A stretch of 64,000 bases of DNA from Polymyxa betae A26-41 (lineage: Eukaryota > Protista > Endomyxa: Phytomyxea): contig RBZT01000125.1 of assembly GCA_003693705.1 (NCBI GenBank), forward strand, positions 62,001 through 126,000, given 5' to 3'. The notes below the pieces were generated by a model. The model did not search any database, had not been told where the DNA came from, and was given only the letters and a program-made list of their open reading frames with translations. A program made the position numbers and the translations under genes. Shown here one piece after another: positions 1 to 12,562 of this stretch. How positions within the stretch are numbered: position 1 is the stretch's first letter; each line of letters starts with the position of its first letter.

Positions 1-1104
1 TGTAATAGGGTAGAGTAGATCTCGTTGTTCCTTTGATAGACTCTCTACGGTCTATTATGACCTCATCGTGAGTAGATGTTCATTCCGAGTGTTTTTTCCG
101 TTGATCATTTCTAAGGGGAATGTCGATGGAAATGGTTCGTGCTGCGGTTACAGCGTTCACTGAAATTGTACCCTGCGTCGTTATTGCTGTAAAAAATAAT
201 AATACCGACATGGAACTGCTCGAGCCGTTCTGGTCCAAGTTGAAAGCAACGTTCAGTGAATTTCTTTCGGAGTTGCCCTCCAGGTGGATTGTTTGATGTT
301 GCTGTGTACATAGATATTCTTACAATATTTTTAGGTCTCAGACTCAGTCTATACAAGTTGATGAATCTGGATTAGTGCATGGAAACGATCATCTTATCGA
401 GTTTGAAAGGATGCAAGTTGATATAGTGAACCTGCTGTCTGTGCACGTTCTTCCTTATTTGGATTCCGAGACAGAGGTCCTCAATGCACGAAAATGTGTC
501 TAATCACAGATTAATAGCTATCTAGACAAGTTTGTTATCAATTTTAATACGTGATCACGAATCAACTGCAATAATGGGGCTAAAATCCTGGACATCCGCT
601 CATGAACCTCCTGGAAAGGTCTTGCTAATGAAAGCAGGATTCAACAGCTTGTTCGATTGTATATCACGGTTCCCAGGTGGTTTGGCAAGGCAAGCATGCG
701 CGATACTACAAAATGCCTCCATCCAAATATTGCAGAAATTCGCTGACGATGACTCCAGATCAGGGTATTGATTTGATTACATTTTAAGGTTTTCTGACTT
801 ACTGGTAACAGTACTAGACCGCTTTCCCAGTTTAGAACAGAACAAGCTCGACTGATCCTGGAGAGGCTAGGAGCGCCTGCGAACTCTGATCAGGTTCGAC
901 GAAAAGCATTCGTTAAATTTTGTTTTAAATCATCGTTCGTAGTCAAAATCACCGGACGGTGTAAACGGAAATGAACGACGAGAACTTCTGTTAGCAGTAT
1001 TTCCAACTCTTTGTCGATGCACATCGATCAGAGACCGCTTGCTACAGAGATCCCTCTCTCAAGCGCTTCAAGCAGTTTCGGATGAGATACATCCCAGGAA
1101 TTAA
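1..1104 (+). CDS. MON2: MON2 homolog (ARF-GEF-like Golgi/endosome scaffold), 3' exons only; gene starts before the window
   Basis: Spliced exons read ...ILQKFADDDSRSG/TRPLSQFRTEQARLILERL...LLLAVFPTLCRCTSIRDRLLQRSLSQAL*, matching the MON2 C-terminal pattern (F..DE..G..PLP..R..E; LFP.LC..I..R). TAA at 1102-1104. Confidence 0.65.
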
Positions 1105-1248
1105 GTTGATTCATACCAGTATCATCTATCTAAATCAGCCCATTGTAAATAGTGAACGATTTCATTTGCCTGCAGACACACAACGTATGTGTAATGTTTC
1201 CAGGGAGGCGGAACCTTTTATGAAATATCGCCACTGGCCACTGTATAA

Positions 1249-4200
1249 ATGAGATCTCTTCTCATCATCTCTGTCTTCGTTGTTTCTGCGGTATCTGCCC
1301 AGCAGTACGTCGTTCTTGATGGAGACGATTGGATCGTAGAGAATTCGAATCGATCCATCTCTGTTCCGGCGTCTGTCCCTGGGAATATTTTCCTTGACCT
1401 TCGTGCTAATGGCGTTATCGATGATCCCCTGTATCGCTTCAACGAGCGCGTTTCCCGCTGGATCGCGCTTGAACCCGAATGGACATTTATAAAATCGTTC
1501 AATTTTTCATCAGTTGTGGCGAATGATTCCAACGACTTGTTTTTGGAATTTCAAGTACAGATATGAGCTGTGTCATGCCATTTTAACCCTGAATCAAGGG
1601 AATTGACACCATATCCTCAATATATCTCAATCACCAGTTTATTGGACGAACCGACAATATGTTTCGAACGTGGCGTTTCAAGTTGAATGAGACAATCCTT
1701 CATCGCAACAAGGAGAATCATCTGGAAGTATGAATGGCACAGCTGTTGCCGATTAATGCTCAGTAGTTGCTTGTAGATTCGGATTCAATCTGCAATACGT
1801 TATGCTCAAGAAATAGCAGCTCGGACGCCATACGCTTTACCCAGTAGCGATTGGCTTCAGTTTTCATATCCTCATAGGAACATGATTCGTAAAAGGTCAG
1901 ATGAACAGAGTGCTTCAAAAATTCGTTTCAATCATTCGTTGGTAATAGTCAAAGTGATTTTGGTTGGGATTGGGTACCATCTGCCTCTTGTAATGTGTGA
2001 TCATCTTTTATGTGCTTGACAGGGACCAGCATTTGGAGGATGTGGTATCTATAAGTCTGTTCGTATAATCGTTGAAAACGAAGCATATATATCACAATGT
2101 TATATCGATCAATTTCATCATCTAAATGGTACTGTTGATGTGGCTGTTACGGCCGTGGCAAACAATGCTGCAACTAATTCCTCATTATCTGTTGAAGTAT
2201 CATTCGATGACAGGAAGGTAACCTGATTTCAGAATTTTGTTCAAAAGCCTTCTGAAGTCTTCAGGATGCAAGCCCTCTGGAAATAATCGACGATTACGGC
2301 CAGCTAGCTGTTGGAGCAAAGTTCAAGTTCTCCATTCGTAAACCGTTTCTATGGTGGCCTCGAGGATATGGAACACAATACTTGTATGATATATCCTGCA
2401 AGGTTACTGGGCAAAGATCGCCGCCTTTAACTAAGCGAATCGGCATTCGAACGGTTCAGCTCATTCGTGAACCTATAATAGATCAACCAGGAGAGACGTT
2501 TTGCTTTCGAATCAACGGAATCGATATTTTTATCAAAGGGGCAAATCTAATTCCGTTGGATTCATTTCCTGCTGATGTTAAGAGGTATTGGATTCTCAAT
2601 TACATAAAGTTTCAATTAACAGTAAGTCAGAGATGATTTGGACAAGATGCTGCGAAATGCTTTAGAAGCGAATATGAACATGATTCGCGTTTGGGGAGGT
2701 GGAATATACCAACCAGACGAATTCTATGACATCGCTGATCAATTCGGGATCATGATCTGGCAAGAGCTGATGTTCGCCTGTGCTACTTATCCTCGTGATC
2801 AAGAATTTCTACAGAACGTTGCCATTGAGGTCAATCAGGACGATGAAACATGTATAGGCTGATAACCGGAAATTGCAGGTTGAGGAACAAATTCGAAGGT
2901 TGAGAGACCATCCGAGCATTGTTATTATCGGAGGAAACAACGAGAACGAAGTACATTCTTCAAAGACTTTCTTCGTCAATGGTTGATGTCGTAATATAGG
3001 CTGCTATGACGTGGTTTAAGGAGACCAAAGAGAATCCAGCCTTGTATTTCGTCGATTATGCTAAGTACGACATTACAATGTGCAAAGGCTTTTAAATCAT
3101 TCTGTTTCCAGGTTATTCATTGACGTTATTCGGGAGAAAGTTTTGCGGGTCGCTCCCAAAATTGCCTTTATTGTTTCTTCACCAAGTAATGGGTGAGCAA
3201 AGTAGCATCCAAAACGACGGCTTTAACAGGATTTCAGGCAAATTTCCCAGAATCCGTTTGTTCTTCGATGGGGTAATGCAAACTCGAACTTGTTTGGTGA
3301 TATCCACTTCTATGATTATGAACAGTAAGCTTCAAAGATGTCCTTGATTACTTAGTTATTGATGACTAATTAATAGTGACTGTTCTAATCCTGATATTTA
3401 CCCTGAAGCACGGTTCATTTCAGAATTTGGATTTCAGAGCCTTCCTTCACTATCAACTCTTTCGACAGTATTATGCGCTCTTTGGATTTGACTCGTCCTG
3501 ATAGAATTCAGGTGGCCACTAATGATGACCTATCTTGGGATAGCGAATTGATGCGATTCCGGCAGCGTCATGAGAAAGGAAATCAACAGCTTTTGGAGCA
3601 GATTCAAAGGCACTTTTATGTTTCTAATGCAACAAGTTTCCCACATCTGATCTTCCTGAGTCAAGCTACACAAAGGTATTTTCAATGATCAAGGTTGTTA
3701 TGAAACCTGCTAATGGTTGGTTGGTAGTATTTGCTACCGAACAGGTCCTCATGTTTATTTCTGATTGCGTAATACCAACCCCATGTTTAGCTATAGAAAA
3801 ATGGAGGCGTGGTCGATCAAAGTCCTCAACCATGGGTGTGCTCTACTGGCAATTAAACAGCATCTGGCCTGCACCGACTTGGTCGTCTCTGGAAGCCAAA
3901 TCTCAGAAATGGAAAATGCTCCATTACCATATCAAAGAGCTATTTGAACCTGTTCTGATTTCACTGCTGAAAACAAACAACTCCATTGATGCTTTCGTCA
4001 TTACTGATTCGATTGCTGAATCAGAAGCTGAACTGATCATACAGACTTGGAGTGCAAGTGGAGCTCAACTGAATAATTACTCCACAAAACTGTTATTACG
4101 ACCGCATTCAAATTCTATCGCTTTTCAGATTTCGCTTGAGCACAGTATGCCTGAAATTGTTCATGCAGCAATTATCCACAACGAGCGCATATACCAAAGC

Positions 4201-4589
4201 TTTTTGATGCTTAGCAAGTTTAAGGATTTGAGATTGCAAGACCCCAACATCACTGTCGAGGCCATCTCGTTGATCACTGCTCAAATAATAGACATCAGGC
4301 TGAAATGTTCGTCTCTATCAGCTTTTGTGTTTCTGGATAGCCCACTGTATGTCGACTATTCAATCTCATGATTACTTCCTCTGATCGTCTCTATTCTAGA
4401 TCCGGGAAGTTTTCCTCCAACGCTCCCTATCTTGTATTTCCAGGAAAAGAGTATAGAGTGACATTTGAGAGCGATGCTCCTATCGATCTAAATCGTTTCG
4501 CAATCACATTGAAAGTCAGTTCGTTATTTGATACCCTTCCAGTCCCAACGATTATCTCGTATTCCGAAAACCAAATTGCATATCAATAG
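1249..4589 (+). CDS. MANBA: Beta-mannosidase, glycoside hydrolase family 2, secreted/lysosomal, multi-exon
   Basis: Signal peptide [17 protein letters not shown]; motifs [50 protein letters not shown] (acid/base), [10 protein letters not shown] (nucleophile), [15 protein letters not shown]. Many ~50 nt introns. Confidence 0.95.
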
Positions 4590-4632
4590 ATAAGAAAATC
4601 AATGGATATTCAAACAAGTTATATTTTATTAA

Positions 4633-5489
4633 TTAGTCGGTTTGTCTTTGCTTGACTTGTTCCGACCATGTTCGAGTAACTTCTTCATAATCAAAATCAC
4701 TCAAGTCTTCTTCCCAGTCATCCGGAACATCATCAGAGAGTAAATTATCACGCAGGCCTGATGTAGAAATAGAAGGCGATTCCTTCGCAACAATATCGGT
4801 AACTTCCGGTTCAAAACGATCTTGTGGACCTTGTCTGAGCAATTCTATATTCAAACGTTAGAATCATCCATTCGCGAGCATCGGTAGAATCACCTTCAAC
4901 AGAAAGATGTAAACGACTAGCTCCCATAAGGTCTTCCAATGGAGCCGGAGGGCGGCATAAGGACACTCCATTATGTTCAATGAAATCTGCTGGAGCTGAA
5001 CTGACCAGAGCTAATCGTTCCGCTAACACCAGCAGATCATGTATAGAACAAGTTCCTAATGGTATGCGTCATAAGAGCCATGGTCTGACAAATGCAACGC
5101 TTACCTTTGCGATCAACCCCATCAATAGATTTTATGTTGGAAACATCGGTTGCTGTATCATATAATCCAGATTCCAGGTCTCCGAGCTCTTTGGCAAATT
5201 CTATAATTCTATTATCGACATCTTCTATTTGTCGCTTCACTTCAAGTATTCGTTCTTCGGCTTCGTAAATCTCTCTTACTGATTGAATCGGAATAAATGG
5301 AACTACAGAGGGCGTTCGTAATGAAAACAGACACGTACGTTGGCTAACAAAAGCTTGAATGCTCTCATTTTTGCTGACAATAGCATCTGTTAATGAAGCC
5401 ATGGCAGGCAAATTCTGAGCTGATAATGCCTCGAATAACCATTGAACTCGTTGCATCAAATCATCCAAATGGATCACCAAATGGGACAT
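4633..5489 (-). CDS. MED4: Mediator complex subunit 4
   Basis: N-terminal coiled coil, then DLLVLAERLALVSSAP...RPPAPLEDLMGASRL (cf. MED4 ELI.YA.RIS..T.AP...RPYP...MR.G.L), acidic tail. Confidence 0.75.
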
Positions 5490-5640
5490 GCTTTATCGAC
5501 TAAATGAAAAGCGACACCATCACAACAATAATGAAATAATGCGTGAAATTTATCAAGATTTAAGACCAGAATCTGGCTGTGACAAACAATGATCGTTCAG
5601 GAATGCATTGCAATATGAACTTGACCATCAAGCCTATATT

Positions 5641-5913
5641 TTAGTGGTGCTTAGCGTGCTTATGGTGTGCTGATGAATTGATAAATTATCTGCACAAACC
5701 CAACCATGGTTATCAATTACCTCCTTTAGAGAACCATTCGATGGTGTATCCAAGGCCTCCGATCAGGAAAAACGTATGAACGACCGGCGTGAATCGGCCC
5801 GGGGCGATATATTTCGTGCGATAATCACGAAGCCAATTATAAAAGATAGATGCGGCCTTGTCTGTCGAGATCGAAGCGGGCACGTCTTTGAGTTTGCGAT
5901 CGAGAACCGACAT
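5641..5913 (-). CDS. Mitochondrial ATP synthase subunit f-like, two exons
   Basis: MSVLDRKLKDVP...YRTKYIAPGRFTPVVHTFFLIGGLGYTIEWFSKG/AHHKHAKHH*: single TM helix, Y..KY...P..H motif and His-rich end typical of subunit f. Confidence 0.75.
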
Positions 5914-6064
5914 GCCTGTAATAGGGTTCAACCCAGTATCAGATCTTTGTGGAGAATGGAGATTAATCAGATTATGTCAAAATTTCAACTCTCAAAACAG
6001 TTATGTACTATGAGGTTTAACTGCGGGTCACTCAATGACTCTACTTTTTTGAACAATTTTTTAT

Positions 6065-6592
6065 TTAAAATATTCCAGGTCCAGATCCTAGCCATCCATG
6101 TCCATGATGTCCACCAAATGGTTTATGGCCAAAATGATTATGTTGACCTAATGGGGACTTAAAGTGCCCCGCCCCAGGGCCAAATCCACCAGCTCCCCAA
6201 GGACCACCACCGTTCCAGGCTCCTCCAATACCGCCGCCACCACCATATAAACCATCGAAGAAGCCGCCTCCAAGCCACGGGCCTCGATGTCCAAATGGAC
6301 CCTTCCCATGTGGAAATGGGCTCTTGCCGTCTTTCAATCCGTCATATCCGCCCATTCCACCAAAAGCACTTTTTGGCCCATAAAACCCTGGACCGCCAAC
6401 GAATCCGCCAAGTTGATCGCCTCCCATGAAGTATCCAGCCAATCCGTTGAAGTAGGGCCCATAGGAATAATACCCATGTCCCCAACCGGGTCCAAGAGCT
6501 TTATTCTCTCCACCTGCATGACCTCGCACAGTATTGGCAATAGCAATGAAGCTTAAAGCCAGAACGGTGCTGTAGAGGCTAGACCGGAGCAT
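6065..6592 (-). CDS. Secreted glycine/aromatic/histidine-rich protein, 175 aa, intronless
   Basis: Signal peptide MLRSSLYSTVLALSFIAIANTVRG followed by GPGWGHG/GPGFYGP/GPWGAGG-type low-complexity sequence. Confidence 0.85.
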   Translation of the reverse strand: MLRSSLYSTVLALSFIAIANTVRGHAGGENKALGPGWGHGYYSYGPYFNGLAGYFMGGDQLGGFVGGPGFYGPKSAFGGMGGYDGLKDGKSPFPHGKGPFGHRGPWLGGGFFDGLYGGGGGIGGAWNGGGPWGAGGFGPGAGHFKSPLGQHNHFGHKPFGGHHGHGWLGSGPGIF

Positions 6593-6834
6593 GTTGAATG
6601 TAGCAGTTGTTTTGCAGAATGATGCTGTGTTCGGGGATCCTTCATCACTACTCGCTCAAGGTCAGCAAAGATCCACGAAATTCCATTTCCTACTACACTT
6701 ATGGTCGGAGAAAAGTCATGGGGATCCTGTTACGAACTGGATATAATTTATACGTACTTGAGGCTGGAATGATAATAGTTTATAGTTGAGGTATAAATGA
6801 TTCGCTGAGGCAGGGGTGAGGATTTGCATAGACG

Positions 6835-7200
6835 TTATGCTTCAGCCGATTTTTCTTGTTCGAATCGCTTCTTGTCTTCTGAAGCCATCTTCTCGTAGGG
6901 TTCTTTCTGAGCTGGAGTTAATTTTCTCCATTCTTCGCCTAACATAGACCCTAGTTGTTTGAATGATGCTAAAAGAAAGTTAGAACCCAGGATGCCCTCT
7001 CTTTAACATTACCCTCTGGATGGTCTGTCTTTAGAATCGGGCGCTGCTTCTTGGCAAAATGCCTAGAAGCCGAATTGAGTTCCAGAGCATTTGATCAAAC
7101 GAAGCGATTTAACAACGAACATGTAGCTGGACAGGGGTCGCTTAGGTCCCGACTTGTCTGCGGCTCGCTTGGGTTCACTGGATTGCTTGGGCTTGACCAT
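6835..7200 (-). CDS. Small single HMG-box protein (NHP6/HMGB-like), three exons; not in the ORF track
   Basis: Spliced: MVKPKQ...GPKRPLSSYM/HFAKKQRPILKTDHPE/ASFKQLGSMLGEEWRKLTPAQKEPYEKMASEDKKRFEQE, a canonical HMG box. Confidence 0.92.
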
Positions 7201-7517
7201 GGTACGATGGCGGTTGATCAACGAATACAGAACAGAAAGACGTTTATAGAGAACAGACAGAATAGTAGAATGAAAGGTAGACGAGGGTAGGCTACAAGTT
7301 GCAAAGGTCTCTTCAGTGATGACATGGCGTCACTGGGTCATGTTACATGACGACATAGACTCGAGTCATGACGATGGGGGTGACCCCAACATCCCAATGA
7401 AAAAAGTGACACTGGCACAGGACCCTATCTGAGCCCCGCGTCCTGCCAACAGTACCATCATCCCAAACATATCTACAGTAGAGAGGTGCTTGGTGTTGTA
7501 TTTGACCAGGTGTCTGT

Positions 7518-10422
7518 TTATGAGCTAAAACACTGGTCAAGCTCGACGAGCTCGTCTAGACCAGACTTGGCAACTCCTTCCACGATGCTGTGCTGCAGAT
7601 CCTTACGATCGATTGGGCCCAAATCAGCAAGAACTTTGATGGCATGCCGAGCCTCGTGAAATCGATTCAATCCCAGGCAACAAATGATCAATAAGGCCCA
7701 CGTTTCAGCATCATACCGATCTAAGAGATTGGCTTGGGACAGAGCCTGAACGGCATGAGCCTGATTGTTAACTAGGCGATATGCATCACCAAGCCACTTC
7801 CATGTTATAGAAAGCTGTTCTTGTTGCAGCGATAATGTTAAAGCTGTAATTGCAGAAGAATACTTTCCTGAATCCAGATAGAATTTCCTATTGGCAATTA
7901 TCATCACATAAGTTCTGTAAAGCTTTTTATGACGTTACCCTAATCGAGCACACGATATACAATCTGCACGTGATCGGTGTGATAAAAGCTGTTCCCAACA
8001 TTTCGCCGCCTCGTTCATCATATTCATCGAAAAATAAGCGGATGACAATCCCTTAAGCAAATCGTAATCACGAGGATTGTCAGAAAGTGCTTTCTGGAAA
8101 CATTCAATTGCACGCTCAAATTGCATCAGCAAGACCCAAATTCGAGCTTGGCGAACCAGCCACTCCACATTTGCGGCTTCCTCAGGATTTCGATCATTCG
8201 CATATTTAGCCAAATTTGGCAGCCCGAGCTGCAGGGCGTAACCAGATGAAATGGCGAAGGCGTTAATGTTCTGGAGCTTAGCTCGACTGAGGTTTTGCAT
8301 GGCAAGCTTGGTGTCCTCCCTCATAAACTGAGAGATTGTCCTTAGCGAAAATGCCACCTCTGAAATAGGATTGGACTCGACGTCAAGGCGCAGCAAAGCG
8401 GCCGCATCTTCCGATTTCGGATCTCGTTCTAGAAAAGCACAAGCGAGCATTCTCCTAATCAGGCTATGTTAATTGCCAGTTATCGCCAGTTTGGGTATTT
8501 ACCACCTTAAATCGAAATCTTGTTGATGATGAGCGACTAACTGCATTAGCATATCAGCTCCTTCTTCGATAGCTCCGAACCGAAATAATGCTTTGACATA
8601 ATCGGTACGGGACTGGATCCCCTCGCCAGTCCTGATATCGGTCTGGAGAGCCCGATCTCTGAACAACCGTATTTGAAGCTGCTCGTCTCCAGTAATTAAG
8701 GCTTCCTTGATTTTTCGGGTTTTTCCCTCGGGCCGATTTGCGTCATCTTCGATTGCAGGTTCTTTGACCTTGTTTGAGAAGCACTCAGCGAAAACACGGC
8801 GACTTTCGTTCGTCATGATTTCATATAACTGATGCAAGTTGACTGGGCGCTTAAGATCTACGATACTAATTAACCTTGATTTAGCATTCAAGAAAATCCG
8901 ACCTTGTTGCGACACCCCAGGAAATTGTTCCGAAGTAATAGCGGCAAGCGGTTTCTTGAGCATCTCTTTAGTTAAACTCAACGTGCCGTCTGCTATCGCG
9001 CATTGCTTTATCTGAGCAACCTCCTGATTGCAATACCTGTGCATATCGTTAGAAATATTCTTTCATCAAACGAAATTGTACTTATTCTTAAGCATATCAA
9101 CAATTTTCTTAATAGTATTTGACAAATCTTCATTGGCACTTAGCACCGAAATTCGCGAAGGTGTTCTCGCAACAGGTGGCACGATATGATCAATGGGTCG
9201 CGGAGGCGCCCGTTCAGGAAGATTAAGATGTAGATGAACAGACAGCTTTGACGACGATTCCGGTAAAGATTCAATGTGGAACTCGATCTCAATCTGTTGA
9301 TTCAGTTGCCGTAGATGACAATTGGCCTTTGAATTCATAGAATGGCGAATCCAAATATTCTCAGAAGATTCAGCTTGAAATCGTTCACAGAACAGCTTGA
9401 AAAATATCAGGGAGACAGACCCTAACAAGCCATTCGAAAGAGTACCTCAATGTCGAGTTTTAATCCAGTTTCGGATAGCAACGAATCCAAGGCGCTTTGT
9501 GAGCAGAATATAGGCTGGCAGATACCGAATTCTAGATGTCTACAGTCTGTGGGTAGTTCAATGACTTTCTGTATCTGGAGGTCGTTGAAGGGCCAGCTTG
9601 TAATTAATCCAATACGATGTCGACCGGGTTTCTGATCAGCGCCATCTTCTGTTGAAGTTTCTGCTTGAAGCCATACTGACGGGATGTTCGATAAATCCCC
9701 AAATTCCAGGTAACCAAGCGCCTGCCGTTCAATCTGAAATTCGTTGAACAGATGCTTAGAGAGATGCAACTGAAACGCCACAGTAGCTAATGATGTTTGG
9801 TGTGATGAATCGATGCAGATCTAAGAAAGGTCGGATGTAATGAATAGCATTGTCTCAAGTAGACATCTATCTACCTCTCCTTGCAAGAACGATGTCATGT
9901 CAATATGGAATTCATCAACTGTCCTACTGAATTGATCTTCACTGGAACAGTTTCCCACGTTCGTCTTGATGCGATATCGCAAGGGCGACATCATTCGCTG
10001 GAACACCCCCTGCCAAATGTCAGACGATGGGATACGATTCCATGAACAAGAATGCGAGCTGGACCTCATCCAACGTGATGTCAAAGGCTGCTCTGAAATC
10101 AAGGTTAATGCATTCTCCTGAAACCGCATAGGGTTCGGATCGCAGCGGTGGAAGTTTGGAATCGAACGAGTCGACCTCAATGACAATCTGAGGATTGCTT
10201 GGTGCAGATCGGGATGGCCTTCTGGCTGCGCTGTCAAGGGATTTCGAGCCCTTTACATTAACCGACTGGTGTTGGATATCTGATGAACCCACTGGATTGG
10301 CCAGAACCAAATTCTGCACTGAGCGAAAATCCACGATTAACTGAGCACATTGCTGATCTGAGAGCGGTGATGCCGTGCTTTCAGAGTTTGCCGATTTATT
10401 TTCATCAGCGGGCGGCTCCATT
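7518..10422 (-). CDS. CFAP70: CFAP70/TTC18-like cilia- and flagella-associated TPR protein
   Basis: N-terminal C2-like beta region; central RPIDHIVPP...TIKKIVD and KEMLKKPL...HQLYEIM segments resembling CFAP70; C-terminal TPRs (FERAIECFQKALSDNP, WKWLGDAY...ALSQANLLDRYDAETWALL). Confidence 0.65.
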
Positions 10423-10511
10423 TGACGAAAATGATGATTGAAGTTGATCGTCACAGTTTCAATGTTGCTGCTTAAATTTATTCGAGCCAGTTGCAAGAAC
10501 GCAAAGAAAGT

Positions 10512-11420
10512 TCAGCAAAACTCATTGCTGCCGTCGTCTGAATCGTCATCGTCGTCGTAATCGTCGCCGTCTTCCATTCTGTCTCTTGAACTTAGATTTC
10601 GCAATTGTTCGTCAGTCAGAGGCACATGAATATCGGGATCGTTGCTATGTTCAAGCAACCAGTTTAATGCACCCTCAAAATCAAATCTGGTTTCAGGCTA
10701 AGCAACAGGGCAAAGCATTCAAATAATCTCACAAACCTATGCAAAAGCAATGCTTTGGACGACGCAGCGTGGCTGAAGCCCATTTTCTGAAAAGATCAAT
10801 TTGAGTAAATTGAAAAGCAGTAAATATCGATATCTCACCCCAAGCTGCGATACATACTCCGATTCGATATCGAATATGAGCGATTCACGAGGTTCGGCTG
10901 AAGCTGAACCTCGATGACGTGCTAGAAAACTAAGCAGCCTCTGAATGCCTTGTGGGCTGTCATCAAGCAACTAAATGATATTAAGCCACAAATACATAGG
11001 AAAGCCCACAACTCGCACAGTTGATCTTGGGAATCTTTGCTCAAACCTGCTCTGAAGTCGTAAGGCTGAATTCTTATACGATGGGCGTGCGTTCCCGGTA
11101 TTGTTATTAATCGATGAACTGTTCGGAATGATAAGATCGCGAGGACGCTTCAACGCTGGTTTTCTTTGCGGCTTCGGGAGCGGGCGAGCCAGGAAATATA
11201 TCACAGTATCGCCGCTGCTAATGCCAGCCGCTCTCAGTGACCGATCGATTCGATCGAGAACGGCGCCGTTATGCCAGAGTTGGAGCGATTCGGGCCCGAT
11301 CGGCAACTGCAACGTTTTGGCAAGAGCAGCGCTCAAATCGGCAATGGACATGGTGCCATCATCGAGAGCGATAGGAGAAATGGTCCCAGTTAGGCTACGA
11401 GCCATCACTGAGAACATCAT
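10512..11420 (-). CDS. Ubiquitin-like plus UBA domain protein (UBAC1/KPC2-like)
   Basis: UBL (LQLWHNGAVLD..RSLRAAGISSGDTV) and spliced UBA (MGFSHAASSKALLLH.FDFEGALNWLLEHSNDPDI), acidic tail. Confidence 0.8.
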
Positions 11421-11552
11421 AGCTTATGGGGTTGAAATAGGGGCCACACCACCACCCTCCCATCAACCACAATTTGGACAAAAAGCGCAACATTTTATTC
11501 GAACTTTTTGGAAACTTTTCCCATGAGTGAATGGAGACGTATAATGAGATGT

Positions 11553-12425
11553 TTATTTGGACATGGAAAGATGCTTTTCAAGTTCGTCTTTGAGAGCCTG
11601 ATTATGCTGGCGTAGCTGGCCGACTTCATCGCGATGCTTGCGCTCGTTCTCGTCCCACTGCTCCTGGTTCTTCTTCACCAGTGTCGTGCATTTCGAAGCC
11701 ATGTTCGTGACCGATTGTTCGAGATCAACGATCTCAGTTTGCAGGCTGTTAAGCTTCTCGGTCATTTCGCCCTGCATAAACCCTGTTAAATTCGTCATCA
11801 TTTCGTGTTTGTGCACTCCACTTTTTTCTGTTCGGATTGCAGCGCCCTTCGCATTCCGAATGCAATGCTGCTTTCATACAGGGTCTGATATGAGGCAATC
11901 GTCATACGAATCTCGTCACGAACGCGTAACAATAGAAGCCCTCTTTCGGCACAATTTATAGTCAACTGACGAATTAGTTCGTCTGCAATACTAGAAGTCA
12001 GCATGCTGACAGAAATACCTCTCAGAACTGATTACCGAAACATTGGGCGTACAGCTCCTCCCGTAGCGGGCAGATACCGGTTTCTCGAGCCTGATTCTGT
12101 AACAAACGCTTATCGAGCTGATCTTGTAGCGTGATCACATCGAGTCGTGTTGCCGGATTTGATGATACATACTGGACCCAGAGCTGACCATCCTGTGTCC
12201 ATTCCCTGCCGACATTTTACTTCCTCACAAACGCAAACCTCCAAAGAAAAACCAATTTCGAATACCAAATCTGAAAGCTTACCGAGGTGGTAGGATCGAA
12301 TTGAGGATATCCTCGGTGGGCGTCAGCTGAGCTTTCTTACCAGCCACCGGGCGGGTCTTTCCCTGGGCGGTCGTACTGACCAGAAGCGGATTGTTGTACT
12401 TCACCAAAGTCTGCTGGGTCTGCAT
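11553..12425 (-). CDS. DNALI1: Axonemal inner-arm dynein light chain p28
   Basis: TLVKYNNP...TEDILNSILPPR/EWTQDGQLWVQYVSSNPATRLDVITLQ...QARETGICPLREELY, DELIRQLTINCAERGLLLLRVRDEIRMTIASYQTLYESSIAFGMR. Confidence 0.97.
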
Positions 12426-12562
12426 CTCGTCGGCTGCCGCACCGAGTCGTACTGGAGCAGTGTCTCATGGGTCGTCCGGGGCCCAACATCACGTCACAGA
12501 TTGGTCGGCAGGTTTAAGGGCCCCGGGATGCGTGCGGCCGCAGCATTCGGGTCTGTCATCCG

